Source: Squalus acanthias (lineage: Eukaryota). From it: DNA of 64,000 nt. How positions within the stretch are numbered: position 1 is the first letter of the stretch; each line of letters opens with the position of its first letter. Position numbers and translations under genes: made by a program. The stretch spans positions 130,326,001 to 130,390,000 of the forward strand of contig CM059431.1 of the NCBI GenBank assembly GCA_030390025.1. The letters run 5' to 3'. Positions 37,491 to 48,855 of the stretch are shown here, piece by piece. The notes below the pieces were generated by a model. That model was not told the origin of the DNA and did not search any database. It saw only the letters and a program-made list of their open reading frames with translations.

Positions 37491-38065
37491 GATATTATTT
37501 GGACTTTTTTGTAGCTTAAAGTAGTGTTATAAATGATCAGTTTTTATGAGACAAACTATGGGGGTCAATAAACTGCACAACCCTGGAAACTGCACATTGT
37601 ATTATCATAAAAACTTACATATCATATTCCTCTCTGCTATTTTAATAGGGGCATTAAAGCATTTGTTTTAAATGAGTTAGTGCCCCTTTTAAAATAGCAA
37701 AGCAATTTGATGTGAAGACATTAAGCATCCATGTGGTAATATTGTACGCACTAATTTCCAAATAACCCTTTCTGCATTCTTGCATGTTTGTACCAGCTGT
37801 GTCCACTGTGTGGAGCTGTTAGTCTTTAGTCCAAATAACTTGTTGACAGAGTAATCATTAAAGCCAAGGTACAAATAATTATTTCATGAAGGTATTTAAA
37901 GTAAACATTTACTTAGTCCACAATGTTTTGCAAATTCAACTAGGTCTAAATATATAAATAAATAATTAAGTGTATGCATATATATTTAGACAACATATAT
38001 ATATTATAGTTATGAATGTGAATTCATTAAGCCAAACATTTTTTGGCATCAAACTTGAACTTTTT

Positions 38066-38959
38066 GGGGTAAAAATTCAGTTGGTTGCGCCTCCCGTTAG
38101 CGCCTTATGAGGGCGCTAATGGGGTGCAAAGCCGCTAACGCCCGGGCGCAGCGATGTTTGCGCCGCTCGGGAACTTAACTTGAAATTGTGCGGCGGCGCT
38201 AAAACTTACCGCTGCGACCACCTGCGCGCGCAGATTGTGACGTCATTCCATGGTGCAACGCCCTTGTGGCGCCCCGGAGCGGAAATTGAGTGGCGCCCCC
38301 TGCCTTACCGCCTGACGCTAGCAACGACCAGAAGACTGGAACGCTATCAATCGCTGTGGGGCTGGGGGGGGGCGCTATTTAAAGGGGGCCTTTTCGTGTC
38401 TTTTATTGTTGGTGGCATTTTTGAACTACGCATTCTGAGAGAGAGAGGGAGAGACTTCTGGAGAGATTCAACGTTGTGTGAAGGAGTTTTGGGTACTGAG
38501 CAGCACTTTGCAGGTTCATTTTGATTTGCCATTCCTTGTATCGATTTAGCAGAGACTGTGGGAGCTGCACTCTGAGCTCTTTGCCTGGTACTCTCCATTG
38601 TTCTTTCCAGCACATTTGATGTGCAAGTCTCTCCAGGCTGAGATTCAAGGCTGCAATGAACAGGATGTGGATGGAAAGCAAGATTAACCATCCCCTTTAA
38701 GAACTGGCCCGTGCCATTGTGTGTGTGTTCCATTGCTGACTGACATTACATGAGCTTCGCCAGCGCTCTGAGTTAGCGCCTCACTGCTCGGCCTTTGCGC
38801 CTTAAGACAGGTGTGCAGCGCCTGCTTTAGCGCTCCACTCACCTCCCGGGGCGGTAAAAGTGAAGTTTCCAGTCAGTGCCGATAATTAGCGCCAGGCGCT
38901 AATATTTGCGTCCAGACGATATTTGCGCCCCAAATGGGGCGCGACCTAATTTCTACCCC
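38066..38959. mobile_element. Non-autonomous Harbinger-type element, same family as 7273-8137
   Basis: ggggtaaaaatt...aatttctacccc with TTT flanks; colinear with 7273-8137 throughout. Confidence 0.88.
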
Positions 38960-39587
38960 TTTATCTTTCAGCCATAACAAGCAATTTTGTAAGTGGGATA
39001 TGCTTTGGATGCATTGAAAATTATCTGTATGAAAGTACAAGGTAAAATAGTTGAAAAACATAGTTTAATGTCTGTTGGATTGATATGTTGGACAATTAAA
39101 AAACATTGTTTGAAGAAACTGTTTGCTTAGAAATCTTTCCAAACTAAATTTAATTGTAATGTTGGGACAGTTTAGAATGAATGAATTCAGAAGGGAAGAA
39201 GGGAGGCTCGTGTGCAATTTCCTCAGGAATACGCTGATCAATGAGTGAGATAAAGAGAGAGCACAAATTACAACACAGCTTAGATAGGCATAAAAAACGC
39301 ACAGGAGAATACAAAAAAATAGGAGAAAAAAGATGAAATACAAACAAAGATTTCTTTATTGACCAGTCATCTCTTGCATTGACAGCAACAGGGTTTTGCT
39401 CTCGTATGAAAAATCCTGAAAAAAACTTTTGTTCTTCAAATCAGCTAAATACAGCTTGTGAAGGTTTGCTAGTGTCTTGTCTTAACTCAGTCTTTCCCCA
39501 GCTGTTCCTGTAAAATGATGTGTGCACAAAAAAAGTGCCAGTATTTATGGTGCTATTTCACCAGCTGCTTTAAAATCCTCCAGAGCG

Positions 39588-39800
39588 GCTCCTTGATGGC
39601 TAGTCTATCCAGTGGGTAACTGAGCTGTAGACACCAGGAAGATTCCAGGTCTGATCTCTGTTTTGTCCTGAGCTAGCTGATCTCAGCTGGAGAGGTGGTA
39701 GGAGCACTACAATTGGCCAAAGTGTTCCTGGGTTAACTTACTGTGGAAAAATCAACCAGGATTCCCACACCAGTCTGCTACTGGGAACCCCGAATGGAAG
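39588..39800 (+). mobile_element. Ancient tRNA-headed SINE fragment
   Basis: actgagc...accaggaagattccaggtctgatc...ctgagctagctgatctcagctgg...ctacaattggcc; shared with 15930. Confidence 0.55.
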
Positions 39801-40031
39801 AGTGTCCTGGAAATCCACAAAGATAAGTGCCGAGGAGGCAAGTCCATTCTGCTAATTCTCATCATAGCATCTAACTGCCTCTTGAATGACAATAGAGTTG
39901 TTGCCACCATGAATGTACATGGAAGACTATTCCAGGTACTAGCGCTCTGAGTGAAAAAGTGTTTCTTGGCATCAGTTCTAAATCTACTTTTTACCAATTT
40001 GTACCCATGCCCCACAGTCATGGTGTAACTT

Positions 40032-40071
40032 TACCTGAAGAAGGGGCGATCGATAGCTCCGAAAGCTTGTA
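40032..40071 (+). ncRNA. Minimal hammerhead ribozyme-like motif
   Basis: TAC-CTGAAGA-A-GGGGC(GATCGATA)GCTCC-GAAAG-CTT-GTA: core boxes, stem II with one G-U pair, palindromic AGCT stem III, 3-bp stem I. Confidence 0.65.
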
Positions 40072-40117
40072 ATTTTAAATAAATCTGTTGGACTATAACC
40101 TGGTGTTGTGCGACTTC
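40032..40117 (+). mobile_element. 86-bp PLE-type insertion (second family) in an old CR1
   Basis: Perfect 14-bp duplication tcatggtgtaactt at 40018-40031 and 40118-40131; contains a hammerhead motif followed by AATAAA. Confidence 0.8.
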
Positions 40118-40889
40118 TCATGGTGTAACTTGAAATAGGATTTTGAATTAATCTATTCTATTTCACGTAGTATCTATAGGCTCAATTTAAACTGGGGCCA
40201 TGTGCAGGGTGGGCAGTGTTGCAGGCCAGGAGGAAAACTCCCACGAGGAGGTCAGCGTGAGGCCTGGGCTCCCAGGCCTCATTTAAATAATCCAGGAAAG
40301 TCTTCTGCCCTAAACTGCAGGAGTGATGTCAGCACTGGCGTTCGGAACCCAAAGGAACAGTCCCCGGCATAAAATTTGCATTGGGCAGAGATTTTAAAAG
40401 CCGATATCAGCGCTGGGAGGGAGAGGCAAGGTTGGGGCTGGGAGGCCCAGTGAATCCTTGCGGGGCCCAGGGGAATGCTCCTGGCCCACAAGACTTCCAC
40501 AAAAAGTGATTTTTAAAAACTTGCCTTGGCCTCTGCTGGTCACTCCGTGACTCCCGCCATGTTGTTGCTGCTGTTGCAACATCATTGGTGTCATCGGGAC
40601 GCAGCTTTTTGATGTAAAGTAAGCCCCAGTATACCAAGGGTGGGTGGTCCTCCCATGTTTAATGAAGGTCAGTATAGTTGGTGGACGTTGAGATGTGGCA
40701 GAACAACACCCCACACCCAACAGTAAATAGTGTCGACGCAAGCAGAAAGTTGCAAAGGGACATTGATCGATTGAGTGAGTGGGTAAAACTATGGCAGATG
40801 GAGTTCAATGTGGGAAAGTGCAGAGGAGTGTTTCTCTCTCCACAGTTGCTGCCTGACCTGCTGAGTATTTCCAGCATTTTCTGTTTTAC

Positions 40890-41488
40890 GTCTGGCACTA
40901 GGCCTGATATCCCTTCCCTGTATCATTTCCAGGGCTTGGATGTTACCCTTGTGCCTTGGTGACCAGAACTGAATTCAGTATTCAAGGCGTTGCTTGACCA
41001 GAGCACCATACAGTTTCAGTATAAGGCCTCAGAATTAAATGATACAGATTTAGCAGTACAGCTGAACATTCTGTCTGCCATGTTAATTTGCTACATTTCA
41101 ATTACTGCATATGGTCACTATTAAGTCTACCATCATAACCAAATTTTTTTCAGCTTCTTCCCCAGTAGTTCAACCTCATTCATTAAGTATGTCCTCCATT
41201 TTTTTCTTCCAGTGTGTGACAGCTGTATTGAGTTTCTGCCCACTGACAAATATTTTTTGTGCTCTCCTGTAATTCTTTCCCTGCATCATCAGATTCTACT
41301 GATTCTCTCTCCATCCACCTAGTTTAGTATCATCTGCAAATTTGACCAAATTGCTCTATATTTCTAAATCCCGGACATTTAGGTAGAAAAGAAACAGTGG
41401 GGCCCAAACACCGATCCATCGGGCACTCCAGTTAGCATATCTCCCCAACCCGATATCACTCCCCCAACGGTACCCACTGCTTCTTCTC
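40890..41488 (-). mobile_element. Old CR1 RT fragment
   Basis: tagtttagtatcatctgcaaattt (antisense KFADDTKL) and ggtgaccagaactg (QFWSP). Confidence 0.7.
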
Positions 41489-41545
41489 TTTCATTAATCA
41501 AGAACGAAAGTCGGAGGTTCGAAGACGATCAGATACCGTCGTAGT
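41489..41545 (+). rRNA. 18S rRNA fragment (57 bp, dispersed pseudocopy)
   Basis: tttcattaatcaagaacgaaagtcggaggttcgaagacgatcagataccgtcgtagt matches, from memory, the conserved central region of vertebrate 18S rRNA. Confidence 0.93.
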
Positions 41546-43832
41546 AAGCCAGAGATTTCGTGGTGGTCTGTTGCATCCTCCACAACTTGGCCATCATGAG
41601 GGCGCAGCCCTTGCCACCACAGGTTCCGCGACCATCTCCGGCAGCCTGAAAATCCCTGTTCAAGACGGGCTGTCCGTGAGCGCATCATTAGACTCCGGTT
41701 CCCCTGAATGAAACCTTAGACACCCATTGCTCAACACTTCCTCCCTCACCTTACAATCCCTCTGTCATGGAACATCACAGCTCCTCTTGGCCACAATGCT
41801 GAAATGAAAACCACCACAAAACAAACATTCCAAACATAATTTATAAATGATTAATTCCAAAACTACATAACAAAGTCAACTAATCACCCTTGTGCATTCC
41901 GTTAGTGCCTGTCTTTCATGTGCCTTTGCCTGTCCTAGTGCTCCTATGAAGTGCTACCCCAGTGGCTGCAGCATGGCTGGTGGAAGGCTGCTGACTTTAG
42001 TGGGTGAGACTGCAGATGTCCTTGCAGGACGACCTCGAGCAGCTCTGGGCCTAAAAGGCCCGGCTGTAGACTGCACCACCTCGGCATGGGAAGCAGCAGT
42101 CTGGGCTGGCTGGCTGACAGGCAACTGCAATGGCACTGGTGGAGTGGCAGTGCTGGAAGTACGAATACTGTCATCCTGAGAGAGGACAGCAGGTTCGTGC
42201 TCCACGGAGCCACTGCCACTCCCCCGGGGCAGCACCTCAGCAATCCTAGTAAGCTATTGGCGGACAGATTGCTGGACTGCTATGAGACCCTGCAAGCCCC
42301 TTTCCACACTTTTAAACACAGCCATGATGGCAGAAGTCTGAGCTTCCACTACAGCACTCAGACGTTGGGTCGCTTTCTCTTATGCTGCCTGCTAATGTAC
42401 CAAGCATTTCTGTGTGCATACCCATCGCCCTTCTTCTGAAGGCCGCCTCATCAAAGTCCTCATCTGACTGCTCTGCAGCAGAACTCGTGTGCGACCTCGC
42501 CCTCCGGGGAGCTAGCACCTGCACTACCCTTTCCCCCTGCCCTGGCTGTAGGCCACTCATGCCTGGTGACTCACCACGTGCAGATCCCACCACTATACTA
42601 CCCTCTAAACTTTGTGCAGTGCCATTTTCTGAGCTGGTACCTGCGAGTGTCAGATTAAGTGACGGTGTCTCTTCTTCTCTATCACTCTCCTCCTCTTGTT
42701 TTTCCTGTGCAGGCTGGGCTGGTTGGTGTTCTTGGGTAGCTGAAAGGAGAAAAACACAAGGGTAGGGTTGTGGTGAGGGGAAGGGGGGAAAAGCAAGAGG
42801 TGCTGCTTACACCATCAGCAGCTCGTAAGTGAGAAGAGATTGTGGGATGAGGGGGAAGTGGGATGTGATAAAAAAGGATTAAATATGAGCATACCATCAT
42901 CATCAATACTTTCAGCCTTGCCGATCACCACAGTCTCAGTGACGGCCCCTCCAATGATATCCAGCACTGTCTCCTCAAGCTGGCTCAGGTTCTGCTCCCC
43001 GTGCCTGCCCACTGCCTGTTAGCTGCTGCTGGTGCTGGTTATGAGCCACCTTGGCCTGCAAGAGAAAGGAAAGTGTGTCAGTGAGTGTGGTGCATGTGTT
43101 TGGCTGATGTGCTGGTCATGGTTGAATAGCTGGAATTGTGTGCAAGGTGTGAGATGTGGGTGTGAGGCTTGCAACAGTGGTAAGTGTGTGAGGGTGAGGT
43201 GAAGCTATGACTGTGAGGTATGAGTCGTGATTGATAGAAATTGTTGGTACGTTAGTGATGGGAATGTGGTGCATTGAGCAGTGTGTGAGGCTAGTGGTGC
43301 AGTTGGTGGGATATGGCATTGGAAGATGCATTCGGTGACCTTGACCACTTGTGTGTGGTCATTAAACTTCTTTCGGCACTGGACCCAGGTCTTGGAGGAA
43401 AGACTGGTGGAACTGACTGCTTCAGCAATCTGCTCCCACTTCCTTCTTACAGTCTGTTTGAAGGGCCTCCTGGCCCCCTGTGGGTAGAGCACCTCTCTCC
43501 TCCTTTCTACCCCCTGTACTTAGGCTACCAGTGCTGCATCCGAGAGCCGAAGTGCCCTTTTGAGCCATAGGTACCTTCCCCTTTCCTTAGCTGCACTAAC
43601 AACGAGGTGCTTGTTTCAGAACGTACCTTCCCTTTAAGAAGTGCAGACTGTGCTTCACACCTTTAAATAGAGATCACACTTCCCATGAAATTGGGCCCCC
43701 TGTTGAGTGCTGAGCCTACGAGCAGTGCATTCAGCGCTGGGCTCAGCGCTTCGATCATGTTAATTAGCAGGCAGCATGATTTTCATGTGCTGCCTGCATT
43801 ACTTTCAACAGGCCTTATCGAATTTAGCCCCA
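41546..43832. mobile_element. Harbinger transposon, left-truncated (transposase 3' end on +, Myb/SANT gene on -)
   Basis: VRRKWEQIAEAVSSTSLSSKTWVQCRKKFND (43205-43492) is a Myb/SANT-like signature; right terminus gaatttagcccc at ~43821-43832. Confidence 0.88.
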
Positions 43833-43834
43833 CA

Positions 43835-44900
43835 GTGTTCTATGTTGTAGAGGCTTTCGAAGGTCCAATTGGGATTTCACCACCTCAAAAAAAATCAATG
43901 GATGTTGGCCAGGCAGGATCTGTTCCTTTTGAAACCATGTTGGCTTCCACTTTTCATTCAGGTTTATTCCCAATGATCATTTCCGTTATTTTACCAGTTA
44001 TTGATGGGTTAGTACTTAAGCATCATTCTTGAAAATAGATACCATGTTGGATTTTTCTAATCTAGGAGAAATTGCATCCTTGTGATTTTTTAAAAATTAA
44101 TCTTTCTCTTATAATAAGTGAAAAATAACACTTATAATCTCTCTATGAATACTGAAATAGTTACTGTTGCATTTTCCTTCTGCAGCAGTGTGTTTGTAGT
44201 TCCCCTTTGCCTCTCTCATCCTCTCTTTTACATTTTCTGGAGGTTCTATATTTTTCCTAGTGATGTGCCACACCTTTCTCCCTGCAGACTTTTTGTAGAA
44301 ATTATTTTTTTCTTGACTATGTGTCTCTATTTTGGCTTTTAGGGCCATATTTCTTTAATCTATGTTTACTAGTCGTTGGTATGTACATAACCTGCACCCT
44401 CAGTGGGACGTGCTTCAAAGTTCCCATTTATCGTCAACTGAAGTTTACTTCAGTACTGCCCATCAGTCAAATTGCTTAAATTCTTCACTCATTCCCCTAA
44501 AGTTGGCCTTTTTAAAGTTGTGTGATGAGTATTGTTTATCCTAGATTGTGTCAAACTTAATCATGTTATAGAGACTATTGCTCAAGTGTGCCACTTTCCT
44601 AGCATGCTGTCAATTGTGATTACCAGGTTTGAGATGTGATACCTCTCTTGGCATTACTAATGCATTGGATCATAAATCAGTCATGCATTATATTCACCAG
44701 CTCAGATTCCAGATTGCTTGGCATTTCCAGTTAATGTCAGGTTGGTTAAAGTCCCTGATTAGTGTGACCTTTCTGTTTGCGCATACCTTCCTCATCTCTT
44801 CAGTAGAATAACCTGTCCTCTTGTTTTGACCAGATGAGCTATAGGACTTTTCAATATCTACCTGGTCTGTAATTTCCTCAAAAAGTCTCTTTGCACTAAA
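43835..44900 (-). mobile_element. Very old CR1 ORF2 remnant
   Basis: KVTLIRDFNQPDINW (GDFN-like) in ORF 44694-45179; aaaccatgttggc (antisense QHGF) near 43930. Confidence 0.6.
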
Positions 44901-45259
44901 TATTTCCAGCTGAACTATTTTGTTGGAAAGTTTTTCTGTACCGGGTTTAACTCCTTTTCTTCTCAGAAGCCCTTGACATTTCATGAACGTGTGTTGTTCC
45001 TGGATACTTTGCAGTTCTAGTATAAGAACATAAGAACATAAGAAATAGGAGCAGGAGTAGGCCAATCGGCCCCTCGAGCCTGCTCCGCCATTCAATAAGA
45101 TCATGGCTGATCTGATCCTAACCGCCAATCTACTATCTATCACAGAACCATCTCCTGCATCTAACAGAATTGCACACACGAAATAGGAGCAGAATCAGGC
45201 TACACAGTCCCTGGGCCCGCTCCACTACCCACAGGGCCATGACCGATCCGAACCTAGAC

Positions 45260-48211
45260 TCATGTCCAAATTCCTGCCCGCTCCCCGTAACCCTTAATGC
45301 CCTTTACTTCTAGGAAACTGTCTATTTCTGTTTTAAATTTAATTAATGTTGTAGCTTCTACAGCTTTTTGTGGCAGCATATTCCATGGACCTACCACCCT
45401 CTGAGTGAAGTAGTTCCTCCTCATCTCAGTTTTGAAAGAGCAGCCCCTTATTCTAAGACTATGTCCCCTAGTTCTCGTCTCACCCGTCATCGGGAACATC
45501 CTCCCCGCATCCACCCGATCCAACCCCTTCACAATCTTATATGTTTCAATAAGATCGCCTCTCATTCTTCTGAACTCCAATGAGTAGAGTCCCAATCTAC
45601 CCAACCTCTCCTCATATGACCACCCCCTCATCCCCGGGATTAACCGAGTGAACCTTTTTTGCACTGCCTCGAGAGCAAGGATGTCTTTCCTTAAGTAAGG
45701 ACACCAAAACTGTATGCAGTATTCCAGGTGCGGTCTCACCAATACCTTGTACAACTGAAGCAATACCTCCCTATTTTTATATTCTATCCCCCTAGCAATG
45801 AAAGCCAACATTCCATTTGCCTTCTTAATCACTTGCTGCACCTGCATACTAACCTTTTGAGTTTCGTGCACCAGGACCCCCAGATCCCTTTGCACTTCAG
45901 TACTCTCCAGTTTCTTGCCATTAAGATAATAAATTGCTCTAGGATTTTTCCTGCCAAAGTGCATCACCTCACACTTTCCAGTGTTGTATTCCATCTGCCA
46001 AATCTCTGCCCACTTACTTAGCCTGTCTATGTCCCCTTGCAGGTTTTTTATGTCCTCCTCATTCACTACTTTCCCTCCCATCTTTGTATCATCTGCAAAT
46101 TTTGATATGTTACACTTGGTCCCTTCCTCCAAATCGTTAATATAGATTGTGAAGAGTTGGGGACCCAGCACTGACCCCTGTGGAACACCACTAGTTACTG
46201 ATTGCCAGTCTGAGAATGAACCATTTATCCCAACTCTTTGCTTTCTGTTAGATAGCCAATCCTCTATCCATGCCAGAATATTACCCCCAATTCCGTGATT
46301 TTTTACCTTAAGCAATAATCTTTTGTGTGGCACCTTGTCAAATGCCTTTTGGAAGTCTAAATACACTACGTCCACTGGTTCCCCTTTATCCACTCTATAT
46401 GTTACTTCCTCAAAGAACTCCAGCAAATTTGTCAAACATGACTTCCCCTTCGTAAAACCATGCTGACTTTGTCCTATTAAATTATGATTATCCAAATGTC
46501 CTGTTACTGTTTCCTTAATAATGGACTCCAAAATTTTACCTACCACAGATGTTAGGCTAACCGGTCTATAGTTACCAGCCTTCTGTCTACTGCCCTTTTT
46601 AAATAAGGGTGTTACATTAGCAGTTTTCCAGTCTGCCGGGACCTTAGCGGAATCCAGGGAGTTTTGAAAAATTATTACCAATGCATCTACAATCCCTACC
46701 GCCACTTCCTTCAAGACTCTAGGATGTAAGCCGTCAGGTCCAGGTGATTTATCCGCCTTGAGTCCCATTATTTTACCGAGTACCACTTCCTTAGTGATTT
46801 TGATCGTGTTTAGCTCCTCTCCCCCTATAGCCCCCTGTTTGTCCAGTGTTGGGATATTCTTAGTGTCCTCTACTGTAAAGACTGATACAAAATATTCATT
46901 CAGTGTTTTTGCCATCTCCATATTTCCCACCATTAATTTCCCGGTCTCATCCTCTAAGGGACCAACATTTACTTTAGCCACCCTTTTTCTTTTTATATAA
47001 CTATAAAAACTCTTACTATCTGTTTTTATATTTTTTGCTAATTTACTTTCATAATCTATCTTCCCTTTCTTAATCAATCTTTTTGTTATTTTTTGCTGCC
47101 TTTTAAAGTTTTCCCAATCCTCTGTCCTCCCACTAGATTTCGCTACCTTATATGCCCTTGTTTTTAGTCGAATACTATCCTTAATTTCTTTACTTAGCCA
47201 CGGATGACTGTCCTTTCTTTTACACCCTTTTCTTTTCAGTGGAATATATTTTTTTTGGAAGTTGTAAAATAACTCCTTGAATGTACACCACTGATCATGT
47301 GTCGTCTTACCCTTTAATCTATTTTCCCAATCCACTCTACTCAATTCCGCTCGCATACCTTCATAGTCTCCTTTATTCAAGCTTAGCACGCTTGTTTGAG
47401 ATCCAACCTTCTCACCCTCTAATTGAATATGGAATTCAACCATGTTATGGTCACTCATTCCAAGGGGATCCTTTACTAGGACATTTTTAATTAATCCTGT
47501 CTCGTTACACAGGACCAGATCTAAGGTTGCTTGCCCCCTGGTCGGTTCAGTTACATACTGCTCAAGAAACCCATCCCTAATACACTCAATGAACTCATCC
47601 TCAAGGCAGCCCTGCCCCATTTGATTTGTCCAATTAATATGATAGTTAAAATCCCCCATAATTATAGATGTTCCCTTATTACATGCCTCAACTATTTCCT
47701 GATTGATACTCCGTCCAATAGAGTTGCAACTGTTCGGAGGCCTATAGACTACGCCCACTAATGTTTTTTTCCCCTTATTATTCCTTATCTCCACCCAAAC
47801 TGTTTCATTATCATGATTTTTTGACCCAATATCATTACTCTGTATTACAGTGATTCCTTCCTTTATTAACATAGCCACCCCACCTCCCCTTCCTTCCTGC
47901 CTGTCCTTCCTGATCGTTAAATAACCTGGTATGTTTAATTCCCAGGCATTGTCACCCTGCAGCCATGTTTCTGTAATGGCCACAATATCATAACCATATG
48001 TAGTTATTTGTGCCATTAACTCATCTATTTTGTTACGAATGCTACGTGCATTCAGATAGAGAACTTTCAAATATGCTTTGTGGCACTTAGTTCCTGCTTT
48101 TTCACTTTTTACCAGTTTACCTTTTACTCCACACACTCTGTCCCTTCCTGCCACGCTCTGATTTGTGATTCCCCTACTGCTACCTATGTCTATGACCCTC
48201 TCTGTTGTCAT
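45260..48211 (-). CDS. CR1 ORF2: APE-type endonuclease plus reverse transcriptase, 983 aa, uninterrupted
   Basis: Endonuclease motifs YLNARS, ITETW, VYRPP, GDFN, SDHN; RT motifs QHGF, YLDFQKAFD, SGVPQGSVLGP, KFADD. Confidence 0.96.
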   Translation of the reverse strand: MTTERVIDIGSSRGITNQSVAGRDRVCGVKGKLVKSEKAGTKCHKAYLKVLYLNARSIRNKIDELMAQITTYGYDIVAITETWLQGDNAWELNIPGYLTIRKDRQEGRGGGVAMLIKEGITVIQSNDIGSKNHDNETVWVEIRNNKGKKTLVGVVYRPPNSCNSIGRSINQEIVEACNKGTSIIMGDFNYHINWTNQMGQGCLEDEFIECIRDGFLEQYVTEPTRGQATLDLVLCNETGLIKNVLVKDPLGMSDHNMVEFHIQLEGEKVGSQTSVLSLNKGDYEGMRAELSRVDWENRLKGKTTHDQWCTFKELFYNFQKKYIPLKRKGCKRKDSHPWLSKEIKDSIRLKTRAYKVAKSSGRTEDWENFKRQQKITKRLIKKGKIDYESKLAKNIKTDSKSFYSYIKRKRVAKVNVGPLEDETGKLMVGNMEMAKTLNEYFVSVFTVEDTKNIPTLDKQGAIGGEELNTIKITKEVVLGKIMGLKADKSPGPDGLHPRVLKEVAVGIVDALVIIFQNSLDSAKVPADWKTANVTPLFKKGSRQKAGNYRPVSLTSVVGKILESIIKETVTGHLDNHNLIGQSQHGFTKGKSCLTNLLEFFEEVTYRVDKGEPVDVVYLDFQKAFDKVPHKRLLLKVKNHGIGGNILAWIEDWLSNRKQRVGINGSFSDWQSVTSGVPQGSVLGPQLFTIYINDLEEGTKCNISKFADDTKMGGKVVNEEDIKNLQGDIDRLSKWAEIWQMEYNTGKCEVMHFGRKNPRAIYYLNGKKLESTEVQRDLGVLVHETQKVSMQVQQVIKKANGMLAFIARGIEYKNREVLLQLYKVLVRPHLEYCIQFWCPYLRKDILALEAVQKRFTRLIPGMRGWSYEERLGRLGLYSLEFRRMRGDLIETYKIVKGLDRVDAGRMFPMTGETRTRGHSLRIRGCSFKTEMRRNYFTQRVVGPWNMLPQKAVEATTLIKFKTEIDSFLEVKGIKGYGERAGIWT

Positions 48212-48249
48212 TTTTATTTTTTGCTCTCTTGAAACCTCCCCCCCACTAA

Positions 48250-48855
48250 TTAGTTTAAAGCCCTCTCCACAGCCCTAGTTATTCGATTCGCCAGGACACT
48301 AGTCCCAGCACTGGCCAAGTGAAGTCCGTCCCAACGGAACAGCTCTCTCCTGCCCCAGTACTGGTGCCAGTGTCCCAAGAAGCAAAACCCATTTTTCCCA
48401 CACCAGTCTTTGAGCCACGCATTCAACTCCCTGATTTTATTTACCCTAGCCAAATTTGCTCGTGGCTCAGGTAGTAATCCAGAGATTATTACCCTCGAGG
48501 TTCTGCTTTTTAATTTGGCCCCTAGCTGCTCAAACTCCCTCAGCAGAACCTCTTTCCTTGTCCTATCTATGTCATTGGTACCAACATGGACCACGACAAC
48601 TGGATCCTCCCCCTCCCACTCCAAGTTTCTCTCCAGCCCACAGGAGATGTCCTTAACCCTGGCACCGGGCAGGCAACACAGCCTTCGGGACTCTCGCTCT
48701 TGGCTGCAAAGAACCCTATCTATCCCCCTAATGATACTATCCCCTACCACTACAACATTTCTTTTTACTCCCCCCACTTGAATGGCCCCCCTTACCACGG
48801 TGCTGTGGCCAGGTTGCTCATCCTCCCTGCAGTCCCCGCTCCTATCCACACAGGG
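48250..48855 (-). CDS. CR1 ORF1 C-terminal SGNH esterase domain (N-terminus lost)
   Basis: VVVGDSII, PGA, VHVGTND and DGLH blocks. The Zn-finger seen at 19090 is missing, so the track's start at 48885 lies in flanking DNA. Confidence 0.88.
   Translation of the reverse strand, partial: PCVDRSGDCREDEQPGHSTVVRGAIQVGGVKRNVVVVGDSIIRGIDRVLCSQERESRRLCCLPGARVKDISCGLERNLEWEGEDPVVVVHVGTNDIDRTRKEVLLREFEQLGAKLKSRTSRVIISGLLPEPRANLARVNKIRELNAWLKDWCGKNGFCFLGHWHQYWGRRELFRWDGLHLASAGTSVLANRITRAVERALN

Larger units (their letters stand above)
45022..48855 (-). mobile_element. Young CR1 LINE, 5'-truncated inside ORF1
   Basis: Intact ORF2, open ORF1 esterase part and (CTTATGTT)n tail at 45022-45044. Confidence 0.97.

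Noticed and set aside
41489..41545. Functional rDNA locus
   Set aside because: Only 57 bp; the flanks are transposon sequence.
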